Source of the DNA: Seison nebaliae
Lineage: Eukaryota
Assembly (NCBI GenBank): GCA_023231475.1
Contig: JALJEE010000735.1
Coordinates: 124,001 to 181,368 of the forward strand
Direction of reading: 5' to 3'
Length of the DNA: 57,368 nucleotides
Shown: positions 1 to 14,683 of the stretch, one piece after another
How the letters are laid out: every line of letters starts with the position of its first letter
How positions within the stretch are numbered: the first letter of the stretch is position 1
Program-made: the position numbers and the translations under genes
Notes under the pieces: model-generated
What the model was told of the DNA's origin: nothing
What the model saw: only the letters and a program-made list of their open reading frames with translations
Database searches by the model: none

Positions 1-20
1 ATAGTCCCAACATTAATATC

Positions 21-3802
<3,782 letters not shown>

Positions 3803-5717
3803 GAAATGGATTAGTTTAACAATTTAAGAGTTCAGATAAATTTGAACAATTATAGTAATGACAATATTCTTCATTTATTATCTCTTCATATTGAAATAAT
3901 TTTCTCAATGAATTCGACCAAAAAATTCAGTTATATTTATCTCTAACCTCCTCACTCCACCATCAATCTTAGGTTCCTATTCCTATTTATCCAACTCTAA
4001 TTCTTCTACTTGTCATCTACTTCTCAATATTCTGGTGACGACAAAGAACGTCATTATCCTAACATTCTTTCTATCTCATTCAGTGAATTTTTAGCTACCT
4101 CATTCTCCAATTATCTTCATTTACACAAAAATTTCTTCGATAATATTTCAAATTAATAAATTAAATAATTTATGAACTTTTTAATTGTTTGTCATCAACT
4201 CAATACTTTTCTTCTCTTCACAACTAAACTTTTAAATTAGATCTAGACATCTATCACATTCAAATAGATATAACAGAGACTTATGAGTGTTAGGCATAGA
4301 AATGGCTAGTCCATAAAAATCGCAACAATATGTGACGAATAAGTTAATCGAATAAGATAAATTGAAACCAATTTAAATAATAATTAAATAACTGTAAGGT
4401 TCAATTGAATCAAAAAATAGTCACATCGATGATGAAAAGAATAAAAAGATCTGAGGAACTTACATCTGATTTCATCACTAGTAGCAGAACTCTTCTTCTT
4501 ATTGTCAACCAAAATTCCCAAAAAACATACATTTTTCGCGACCAATTTTCTCATATTACTATGGATAATATCTCATTTTACGAAAAATCCAAGGAGCCAA
4601 TATTGAACCTTATCTGACTCCTTCGTTAATCTTAGAAAACGACGAAGATAAGGATTTCTGCTTTATAACACCATAAGCATTGGTAAGATAAGATATACCA
4701 TAAAGATCTCACTAATGAAACGCACCGAATACTCATCCACTCCAGTGTGATGGATCGGGTGCTTCCTGATTCATTGTGATATTCTTTATTTAGGAATTAT
4801 TATAATTTAATTGGAAGATACAAATAAAAGATACGAAGATTTTCTATTTATTATAGAACGTGAAAGAATGAGAAGAATAGATTTATGTAAAATTTTTATA
4901 CTATGATCAATCGAAATCGAATCAGAATCTTTGGAAGCATCCAAGAAAAAAAAGAGAAACTATCAAGGGAAGCATTCGATAGGGCCGAAAACAAATTAAA
5001 AATAAAACTAATTAGTTTAGTAAGTAAAAAATAATTCTCTTATGATTCTAAAAATAATCTTAGGTAGCGTTTCTATTTCTTGCCAATAACTTAAATTAGT
5101 GGCACTAATTTAGTGCTTAACTTAAATCTTTTACGATTTCCACCTAACTTCCACTTATTCTTTTACTAAACAAATTTACTGACTTGTGAGATTTAAAAAG
5201 ATTTAAAAAAGTTTGAACTTTATCAACATGAAGGTTATCGGACACATAATGACCAAGATGAAACCACCACCAATAACCAGATAAATGTCTGAATGTTTTT
5301 TAAGATGAGCTAGAAAAGTATAGCATTTAGGGGAGATGAAATTTAAGAAATTATTAACCTATTGTGTCCGTTTTATTTTTTTTCTTTTCTTTTTTTGGCT
5401 CTTTATTGTTATGATAACCACTAAAATATAATAGCATAAATAAATATAATAATAGATTCTATAATATGGAATCCATATTCTATGTATAACACATCCATCC
5501 ATATAACACGAAACTATTAATAGTTCTCTATAATCTACTAATATTTTGTATAAATATTTCTAACAATTCTCAAATTCTTGTGTTAGGATACCGTGAATTT
5601 ATTTTAATCGTACACGTTTATATTGTACAATAGAAAAGATTTTTTATAAAGTTTCTCGGCTCAGCATATGCAAAATTATGTTAAGAAAAGTTACACTAAC
5701 AAAATGCTATAATCGCT

Positions 5718-5790
5718 AAAAGGTCCTAGGTCACCCCCAAAACCTCCTAGATCACCCCCAAAACCTCCTAGATCACCACCAAAACCTACG
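5718..5790 (+). repeat. About 3 copies of a 21-bp tandem repeat (aaaacctcctagatcaccccc)
   Basis: Direct repeats are visible. One frame reads KGPRSPPKPPRSPPKPPRSPPKPT*. Confidence 0.85.
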
Positions 5791-6608
5791 TAATACGGAT
5801 TTGATTGATTGGATATTACAGAACATTGAGAGTATATAATAAAAATTCTAAAATTATCATCATCATCATTGGTAGAATTGATAAATAAGAATACTTACAT
5901 TGTTAAAAAAATATTTCTAGTTAAATGATACATTGAAGTTTTTAAATAAAATATAAATTATGTCCAAAAATAATTTGTGAATATTGTAAAAAGATATATT
6001 TATTAAACTAAAATTAATTGTCTCATAATATAATTATTCGCCTATCGACCTTTATACTAATATAGTTTAACAATAAGGTCTAATCAATATTTGGGAAACT
6101 TCATTTCATTTCAATTTTTGAGATAATGATTATCATATAAAAATAAATTAATATTTAAAACATAGAACTATTAAAAATAGATAATACGTTTGATTATAAG
6201 ATCACATGAACAAAATCATCAAAATAAGATGAATGAATTTCTATTCTATAAAATGTGATAAACTCATGGTTTTTTAGAACAAACTGTGGAAAAACCATCA
6301 TAATCATAGAATCATAAAAGAGAATTATTTGGTTAATGTGGAAAATTACAATTTTTTTCAAATTTTGCTACTTCATGTATATCCAATAAATCCAAAGAAT
6401 CCATCTAATCAAATCAAGTTAACGTAAGACAACACAATGAGATAACGAAACCATTTGCATCAATATTGTTGCATTCGTAACAAATTATTGCAGAAAACAT
6501 GTAAACTAAATAACAAAAGATGTTGTGAATCGATAAATAAAATATCATGGTTCGCAGCTTTGCAGATTAATCTTCATATAATATTTTAGACGGTCTCAAA
6601 TTATTATT

Positions 6609-7489
6609 GGGGGACAGATTGTAACGCTATATAAAAATTTTGCAGAGGACAGTTCTCAACATAGTTTTTTCATTAATGTCGTTCGGACAGTTCTCAATCT
6701 TTTATTCATTTTTCTTCAAGTTCTCTATATTTTATCAATTTTCCGAAATGTTCTCAACCTGTTTTTTCTAATTTCCGACGGTTCTCAACCTTTTGAGAAA
6801 AAAAGGACAACCGGCAGTGTATTCACCGCCAAATTAAAGAACATCAAACAGCATTAGATGGAGATGATAAACAAATATCGAAGTTTTTCGCCGCACTTTC
6901 CTTCATTCCTACCGATAAAATTGAACCCGAGTTAAAAAAATTTTATCACAACGCTCCGTTAACTTGGAGTAAGATTTTCAATTATTTCCATTAACAATTC
7001 ATTGGTTATCGGGATATTCGGAATAATTTGATTAATAACCATTTTCCCATTCATGTTTGGAACAATTTCGAAGCAGTGCGGAAAAACAGCACTGCTTCTA
7101 TTACTAATAATATTGCGGAAAGTTTGAAGCAATTATTTCAATCGAATATCCTCGGGTCAACAGGTAGGTATATTCCGATTCTTGGACAACATCGAAGAAG
7201 TTGAAACATACATTGAGATAAGGATTTTGGAAGCAGAAAAGATTAAAATTCCAAAAATGAATAAAACACTTACTGCTCATTTGAAAAACTTATTTGACGC
7301 ATTTGATACGATGGACTTTTCATCATATTTCGAAGAAATAAAGAAAATTGTATGAACTATTATATAATATAGTAAATATCTTATTTTTAGAAGTCTGCGA
7401 GGCTCTTTAATGTGGCTAAGTCCATGGCTTTTTTGTTCATGCCTTTTTTGTCTATGGCTCTTTTGTACCGTGGTTCTTTTGTCCTTCCC
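6609..7489 (+). mobile_element. Degenerate Mutator-like (MULE) DNA transposon remnant; transposase C-terminal fragment at about 6814-7355
   Basis: Translation QCIHRQIKE...AALSFIP...FNYFH*QFIG...FPIHVWN...TNNIAES has MULE motifs, one stop and one frameshift. The left flank has repeated gttctcaa motifs after GGGGGACAG. The right flank has ggc/ttttgtc repeats ending gtccttccc. Confidence 0.8.
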
Positions 7490-8138
7490 ACTTTTCTCCG
7501 TATATGGGTTGATTGCAAGCTAAAGGTTAACTCTTTTTACAGATTCAGAGTTTGATACCATCTTTCAATTCTATTTTTTCGACGTATATTCTATTACTAG
7601 TTATGGTTTAACACAAATACTCATTTAAATCAAGAACGATCAATTCACCTACTTTTCACTAGATATATTATGTTCATAACTTTCTTTTTCAGAGATATCT
7701 TGAACAATATGCCATAAAAAACAAAACTGTTAAATTAGAATTCACTTCCATTAGAATTAGTAGAACATAATTACTTTTCTTAAGATGGACCTAACAAATT
7801 AACTAAACAGATCGGCAATCCTTGAGAGTTAATTTGTTAATTTTATGAAATAATTCTTCAATGAAATTTTAATTAAACATCAATTTACACAATAAATTTA
7901 GAATCATTTTTAATTAAATACATTGGTGTTGATAAATCTTTAACAGATTATCTTCAAAATATTCGACTTATTTCAATGAAATTTAATTCTTACTTATGTG
8001 ATAAACTTCAATATTTCCAAAGTGACAATAATATGGATTTAATGGTTGACGCTTATCTTACACTTCTGTATATAAAAGAAAAATATATTTGATATCATAT
8101 CTAATATTAGTTAAAAGTAATAACATTTTACTTTAATA

Positions 8139-9585
8139 ATGTTTCGTTATTTTCTAAGTTATAATGAAGATACAGTTCTAAGACGATATCGAAGAGTTTT
8201 AGTTAAACGGTATCTCCTTTGGTCATTATTGGCATTATTGTTGATATTTTTTATCATTTTTGGAATAAGTTATGGAATTGCTACAAGTTAACAGTTATTT
8301 TCGCATAGCCAATTTTTGAGTTTGCCGAAGGTGGTAGTGATGATATACGTAGTGCGACACCAATCGACGGTGGATCTGAACTACAAGAAACGTCAATTAA
8401 TAATTCGAATGAAACTTCGCAAACTACTTTTTTGGAATCTCAAAATGGTGGACTAACTGTTCATTCAACAGGCTAGTAAATCATTTTTGATTGATTATCA
8501 ACAAATATATGATCACCATAGTTGCAACAAATGACAGATGCAAAATAATATTAACTTTCAGTTATTTAAGTTAAGAAAAAGAAAAAGGAAGAAATGATGT
8601 TGACAGTATAAAAAAAAGATGTAAAGGTAAATTATTTTAATTAAAAATTATGCATTATATGCGTTATTCTCGTCGTTATTTATACCAAGTGTTATTTTAT
8701 ATTAGACAAGAATATTTCTCGACATTTTGATCTTTATGTTTTCCTCATCTTTACACTCATTTTAATAACAAATGGAATTTTTATAACAAACGAAATTTTC
8801 AGAACAAACGAAATTTCCAGTACAGGAGAAATTTACAGAACAAACGAAATTTTCGGAACAAATGAAATCTTCTGAACAAACGGAATTTTTAGGACAACTT
8901 AAGTCTTCTGAAAAAATGGAAAATTCTGATCAAATGAATTCTTCTGAACAAATGGAAATTTCCGAACAGACGACAGTAGCTACGGAAGTCAAAACAACAT
9001 CTGCTTCAACAAATAACTTAACTTCTGAGATGATTAATCAAACCAATACGCTACCGGTAGTTGATATATTAACTTATAATTTGGCGACAGTCTCAGATTC
9101 TAACGAGTTAAGTACTTTATTAAGTAATGGATCCGAAACAGACACTACTACACTAGAAATTTCTTCTACGAAACTTACTACTGAATCAATGACCACTTTC
9201 CTAATAACTACAATAATGCGCATTATTAGTACTATTATCAGCTTCGAAGCGGCAACGGTTGAAATGTGTGAGTCAGTGCATGGTACCTATATTATCGCCA
9301 TTGCAAGCGCTATTAAATCAGATAACAATTTCAATGTGAATTTGAATAACTGTAGCAAAGTGTGTATACCAAATGCAAATAACAATGATGAATTTTCATG
9401 TGAGTTTTTAATTTCAAATATCTCATCGACGGACAACCTTGCACATTTATCGAACGAAGATTCATTAGTTGCATTTTTAAAAGCCGAAGGTAGTTTAACG
9501 GGCTACACAAATTTCGATGTCGTTTCTGGTTATCTTTTTCCCTGAAAATTAATTAACTAAATATTTTTCTCCAGTGGATACCTAA
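8139..9585 (+). CDS. Lineage-specific type II membrane, mucin-like protein: N-terminal TM, EQxxFS repeats, S/T-rich stalk, Cys-containing SEA-like C-terminal domain; internal exons uncertain
   Basis: Exon 8139-8286 encodes a basic stretch plus the hydrophobic LLWSLLALLLIFFIIFGISYGIA. GTT-AG introns 8287-8330 and 9529-9574 keep frame. ORF 8862-9545 is S/T-rich. Confidence 0.5.
8768..8972 (+). repeat. Degenerate 18-bp coding minisatellite (gaacaaacgaaatttt-type), about 11 copies
   Basis: Encodes EQTKFP/EQTKFS/EQMKSS/EQTEFL/EQMEIS units. The most upstream copies carry gaa>taa stops. Confidence 0.8.
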
Positions 9586-9654
9586 CCTAAACGGAGTATG
9601 TTGGAAAAAATTATCATGATAAACGAACGATAAATACATGATTTTTTATTAAGA

Positions 9655-9814
9655 ACGACAAACAATTCGGAGACTTGCCAATTAGGAGATGCGACAATTT
9701 GGAGACTCCTTAACACCTAAAACCTAATACCTAAAACACACTATAAACTATATAGTCTCTGGTTTCCGAATTGTCGCATCTCCGAATTGTCGAGTCTCCG
9801 AATTGTCTGCCCCC
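9655..9814. mobile_element. About 160-bp MITE/foldback element with about 52-bp terminal inverted repeats built from 15-bp subrepeats
   Basis: The left arm acaattcggagacttgccaattaggagatgcgacaatttggagac is the near reverse complement of the right arm gtttccgaattgtcgcatctccgaattgtcgagtctccgaattgt. There is no coding capacity. Confidence 0.85.
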
Positions 9815-10275
9815 TTATATCAAGACCCGAAATATTGCCATCTATAATTCATATATATTTTCATTCACTATCAAACTCGACGTATGTTGTTAATTACAAC
9901 ATAACTATCAAGAACCGATAGTTAATTTTTTTATGATAAAGATGGTGTTAAATTGTTGCAGATTTTATTTTAAAAAATTAATAAAATATTTAGGGTCGAA
10001 ATATAATAAGATTTTTAATCGTTTGAGTAGTTTGATATTTGATTTATAAATAAACAAATCTATGTAGCATATATATTTTTATTATTTTTAATTAATAATA
10101 TAATTAAATTAATACCTTACATTGTTAATATTTAATTTTGTTAAGCGACGAGGTTGATTTTCAATGCCTGTCAATTACACTTCCGTAGAATACTAAATCA
10201 TTATCTTAAAAATAAGAAGGTATCAAATATAAAGAACGAATATACCGACTAGTTAGAATTTTTCATAATTCTACA

Positions 10276-11541
10276 TTGATCAATTCTACTTTAAACTTCA
10301 TCATTCTTTTCTTTTATGCATCTTTCCAAATAACCGCAAACGTGAGAATAGAATACTGTCACTATAAGTCGTTGACTGGATACTTTAGTTTACACTCCAA
10401 ACTTTAGAGGAAATAAAAATGTTTTTCGAGTGATATTCAGTCACCATTACGAAAAATTCGAAAAAGAGCAACCAAATAATATTTATGGAAGAAATAATAA
10501 TTTTAAATCGCCTCTCTTGAAAATAATATCTAGCTCTGGATCGTTCTATTAAAGAAAGTTATATTTAATTATCAACCAGAATTATTTAATAAAAATTGCA
10601 TACTATTAGGTTTTAAATACTATGAAGATAAGACCGCAGAGCATTTGATATGTGGAAAAGTAAGGAAATTTACTCAGGACGATATTAGTAGTATTTACCT
10701 GGAGACAAATAGAGGAGTTCCAGATCCAAATAAACATCCTTTACTTGAACTACCATGTCAGCACAAATTTTGTTTTAAATGTATACAAAACTGGGTTCAA
10801 CATCGATCTAAAATGCGTTTACCAAGGAATTCACCTGATCCCCGTTTTCCATGTCCTTATTGTACTCGACCGATTCCATTTTTATCGCTACGTAGAGACC
10901 CGAGACCCGTTGTCAAAAATTTTCAAGAAGGAAAAGAATACATGAAGTACTTTATGGATTGTTAACTTTCAATCGAGTTATTTCTCTAAGAATTTTGTTT
11001 TGTAGCGCTTGATAAGTACCTAGGCTTTAGGGATTTATTCGAATATGCTAAACTAAATTCTAGCAGCATAGTATCTTTTTAGCATTATATCATAAGTATA
11101 TGTTTTAATACAATTGAAAATGTTTTTAGTAATGGGGGTTGTAAATGAAGCTGAAAGTTTACATTTAATTTATAGTAGTTGCTTAATATTTTTTATCTCC
11201 TAGAAATTGATAGAAAATGGACACAGTTTAATGACGCACAATGTTAATCTTTCTTAAAATAATATAACCAGTTCTCTTGACAATAGATGTAATTCAACCA
11301 ACCGAAACTGGTTCAAGTTAGCGAACTTTAGATAATAATATTAATTGATATAAATTTATTAGACTTCAACACTTTAAGTCAAGAACTTGAAGAATGGAGA
11401 AACAAAGTAAATAATATTCAAGACATAGTTGGAAGTGTAGTTACAGATTTTAAAGCTGTATTGGAACGGGCTGACCTTCCTGTGATTCCTGAGACAAGAC
11501 GAATGAATATAATGATGCAATTCGTAAATTGGCCTATTTAA
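10276..11541 (+). CDS. RING-finger protein assembled from small exons; RING exon 10610-10960; start codon and some junctions uncertain (possible pseudogene)
   Basis: CQHKFCFKC...CPYC RING core. Phase-1 GTT-AG introns 10558-10609, 10961-11005, 11157-11203, 11243-11286 and 11317-11362 link flanking mini-exons in frame, to a stop at 11541. Confidence 0.6.
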
Positions 11542-11617
11542 TTTTGCGACATAGTTATGTAAACCACTTGTAGGAGTAGACAATTACCTATTTGGTGTTA
11601 TACATGTTAATTTGTTA

Positions 11618-11950
11618 TACAGCTGTATTCATAAGTAATCGGACAAAATTCGATATTTTTTAAATGCTCATAACTTCAATTAGCTTTATATGCCTAAGGG
11701 AGCATACTGTTAGACAGCCCAATCCAAGCTCTTTCAAATAGTTCTAACTTCGACAAAAATAAATTTAAAATCGTCGTCAAATAATCGATTAATTAACAAA
11801 CTTCAATTTTTTCTATTTTTCATAATCGAAAATCTTATTTTACATCAATAAATTTTAAAAATAACTAAGTTTAAGTAAAATATTCGTTTTCAGCATGAAA
11901 AAGTGACACAGAATATAAAATTTTTTTTTTAATATGTCGAATAATTAGAT
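11618..11950 (+). mobile_element. Solo Tc1/mariner-like terminal fragment
   Basis: TA followed by CAGCTGTATTCATAAGTAATCGGACA resembles Tc1-family TIR starts. No partner TIR was found and the right boundary is approximate. Confidence 0.35.
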
Positions 11951-13895
11951 AATTATTAAGCATTGTTCGAAAAGGACATTTTTGCATTATCTAAGAAATT
12001 TTATTTAATTGAAAAATTAAAATTACTCTATCTTCTTCAGCATCATCGATAACCTAAAATACATATTTTTATTAAAATTGGTAATAGAAAATTATATTTT
12101 TTTTGCACTTTTGATCCAAATCTTTAAGCGCTTACCAGTGGTATTTCTTACTCGGACATTTCGATTATCAGCTTTATCTCTCAAACCCAATATCCAAGAG
12201 ATTGCCTTCCCCTCGTCCATGACCTATAACATTTTAGGCATGTCTTATTAATCAGGTTTTTTATTTGAATGTCATTAAACATATTTTTAAATCGGTTGTT
12301 TGATATGTCGAAGGTCGAAATTGGAATGAACATTTTATAACATAGAATCTATGTAATGGAGTTTAGAATGTTATGGAGGTAAGGACGGATTACGTAAACT
12401 TCATAAAAGAGGTGCCTGTTAAATACGTATTATTGGTAAAAATAACGCGAAATATTGAGCATTTTTTTAAAATCCAAAAAATTTTGGACAAAAGTTTCAA
12501 AATGGAGATAATAATAATTATTTGGCTACCTCACCGCTTACACCAGTCAATTCGTTGACTGATATCAGTACACCTCACAAACCCATATGGGTTTATCTGT
12601 AGATGCCTAAACAACTCAAAATAGGATTGAGCATATCATTAATATTCAATATCAATCTTGTTTATCTAATAAAATGTTTATCACCTTATTCTTTCTAATA
12701 ATGTATGTTAATTTGAGGAGAACAATGAAAATTATGAACAAAATGTATATGGGATATCTTAATATAAAAATGTATTACTTTGTTAATTACTAAATATAGA
12801 ATTAAAGAATAATGAGTTTCATAGCGACTGGAGATTAAATAGTATTAGATTTATTGAATTAAGAATTAAACGTCATTAATATCTGAAATAATAATGAATA
12901 TGATAATGACATTCATTTAATTTCAAAGAAGAAGTTAGTCCTATGAAAGAATATTAGTATATTTCATCTATAGTATGTAAACCTTTTGAGTATATTAATT
13001 TTCAAAATTTTATGTGTCAGATGCATTTTGTGATAAAATGATAATTATTAATATTATTTCACGTTTAATTTTTAATTCTTTAACGGATATCACTTGAGTG
13101 ATAATGGTTCCATGATGATACATTTAAGCTTTTTTAGCTTTGACAATATTTTATTCCGTTAAATTGACAAATGTTGTGCCGGATCATTTTTTTTAATATT
13201 TATCATTATATGGCATTAATAAGAATATTTTCGTTCTTAATTTACATAGCTTATCTATCATTTTCCAAATTGTTCTACTTTTATCGATTTTTTTGTCTGG
13301 ACAAGTAATTTATCGTTCTCATTATGGATGGTATTAGATCGAATGCACATTTTGTTACTGATAATAAAAAATCTTCGTTTGCAATCTGAAAATTTCTTCT
13401 TTCATGAACCTCTTTGAGATGATTCTGTACGTTGGAACTTAATCTGATAATAGATATAAATAGAAGAAGTCTTGACGATTAATGATAAAATTGTTTGAGG
13501 AGAAGCATAAATTATTAATAAATGTGTTAAATCTAAACTGTTGAGGGTGTTTTTGTCAATGGATATATGCTACATAATTGGTGATGGCATCCATCAACGA
13601 CAAGAAATTTCCAAATCACTGATTAACGTCTCTGGCAGGAGAAATACTTCCATTAATAATTCATGGCACTGATTCAGAAAAAATTAAGAATATTATTATT
13701 CATCTCATCAATTTTCACATTTTACGGTTCATCTTCATTTATTTTGTTTATCAACTCTTGGACAAACATACCGCCTCGTTTATATCATTCATATATAAAA
13801 ATTTTCTTACTTCAATTTCATCGTGTTCATTTCGTTTTCATATTTCTAGAATTCTTTTAGCTTTTCCTAAAACACATTCTCCCTATAATTAGATA

Positions 13896-14322
13896 ATGAA
13901 TTCATTAAATTTATTCCGTATTATTCTGTTGGTAATTGTTGGAAGTATCATGACGACCTATGCTCAGCCATCAAATAAATTCGTCTCTGCCATGTTTCTT
14001 TGCATTTCATTCGTCATTATCCATAAATTTCCATTTGTAGTAAACGTGGATGCTGGGTCGCGGGTGGAATGTCACATCATTGTAGTGCTGCATTTGCTGC
14101 TAGTTTGATGCAATCGTTGAATGATATAAATGAAGCTAATCCAGGAAAACGGTCAGTACAAGATTCAGATGCTCAATTCTATTATAAGTTGGGATTCTAA
14201 TAACATTTTCAAAAAATTTCTTAATTTTCCTCAATATTTTTAGATTGGCCAATTTGGTTCGATCGGAGAAAGATTTGATGAGAGTAAAAAATTTCGTCGA
14301 TCGTTCTTTTATCGCCTATTAA
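13896..14322 (+). CDS. Calcitonin-type neuropeptide precursor; exons 13896-13993, 14041-14187, 14244-14322
   Basis: Signal peptide MNSLNLFRIILLVIVGSIMTTYA, then KR-GCWVAGGMSHHCSAAFAASLMQSLNDINEANP-G-KR. This gives a 32-aa peptide with two N-terminal Cys and a C-terminal Pro-amide. Confidence 0.85.
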
Positions 14323-14683
14323 TTTAACCGTTATAATCTATAATCATCATCTCAATTATCAATGAACAACATGAGAATTTCCTTTTTTAAACATACAATG
14401 TGTGGCCATTCAATACATGTTCAATAATCGTGCATTTGTCTTTCTCCCAATAAACATAAATGATTTAACTAAAAAAATTATAACAATATCAATTTGATTT
14501 CCATTTAAAAAAAACAAATTTTGCGGTCAAATAAATTTTTCTCGTTCGCCAAATAAAAAAAAACGTAACAATACATTTAATAGACGTTAAACATTCGTTT
14601 ATATGTTAACAATTGAAATTATTAATTTGTTTTCGTGAATTCTGTCTGTTTGATAAAATTTTGCTTGAGAGTCGGTTGGCAAA

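Noticed and set aside
4441..4680. Minus-strand reading frame SRNPYLRRFLRL...VDNKKKSS
   Set aside because: It has an internal stop and no recognisable motif.
6365..6505. Minus-strand AIICYECNN exon resembling a Ly6/three-finger start
   Set aside because: The next exon hits a stop and the remaining Cys pattern is absent. At most a relic.
7792..7839. 13-bp inverted repeat; similar palindromes at 5102-5116, 30958-30978 and 57103-57118
   Set aside because: Short and mostly AT-rich, plausible by chance, with no Helitron or ncRNA context.
10488..10533. Possible non-canonical GA-AG intron in the RING gene
   Set aside because: A GT donor at 10440 gives the same phase, so GA is not required.
12030..12610. 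Exon-like minus-strand fragments (VMDEGKAISWILGLRD...)
   Set aside because: They could not be assembled into a gene and no homology was recognised.
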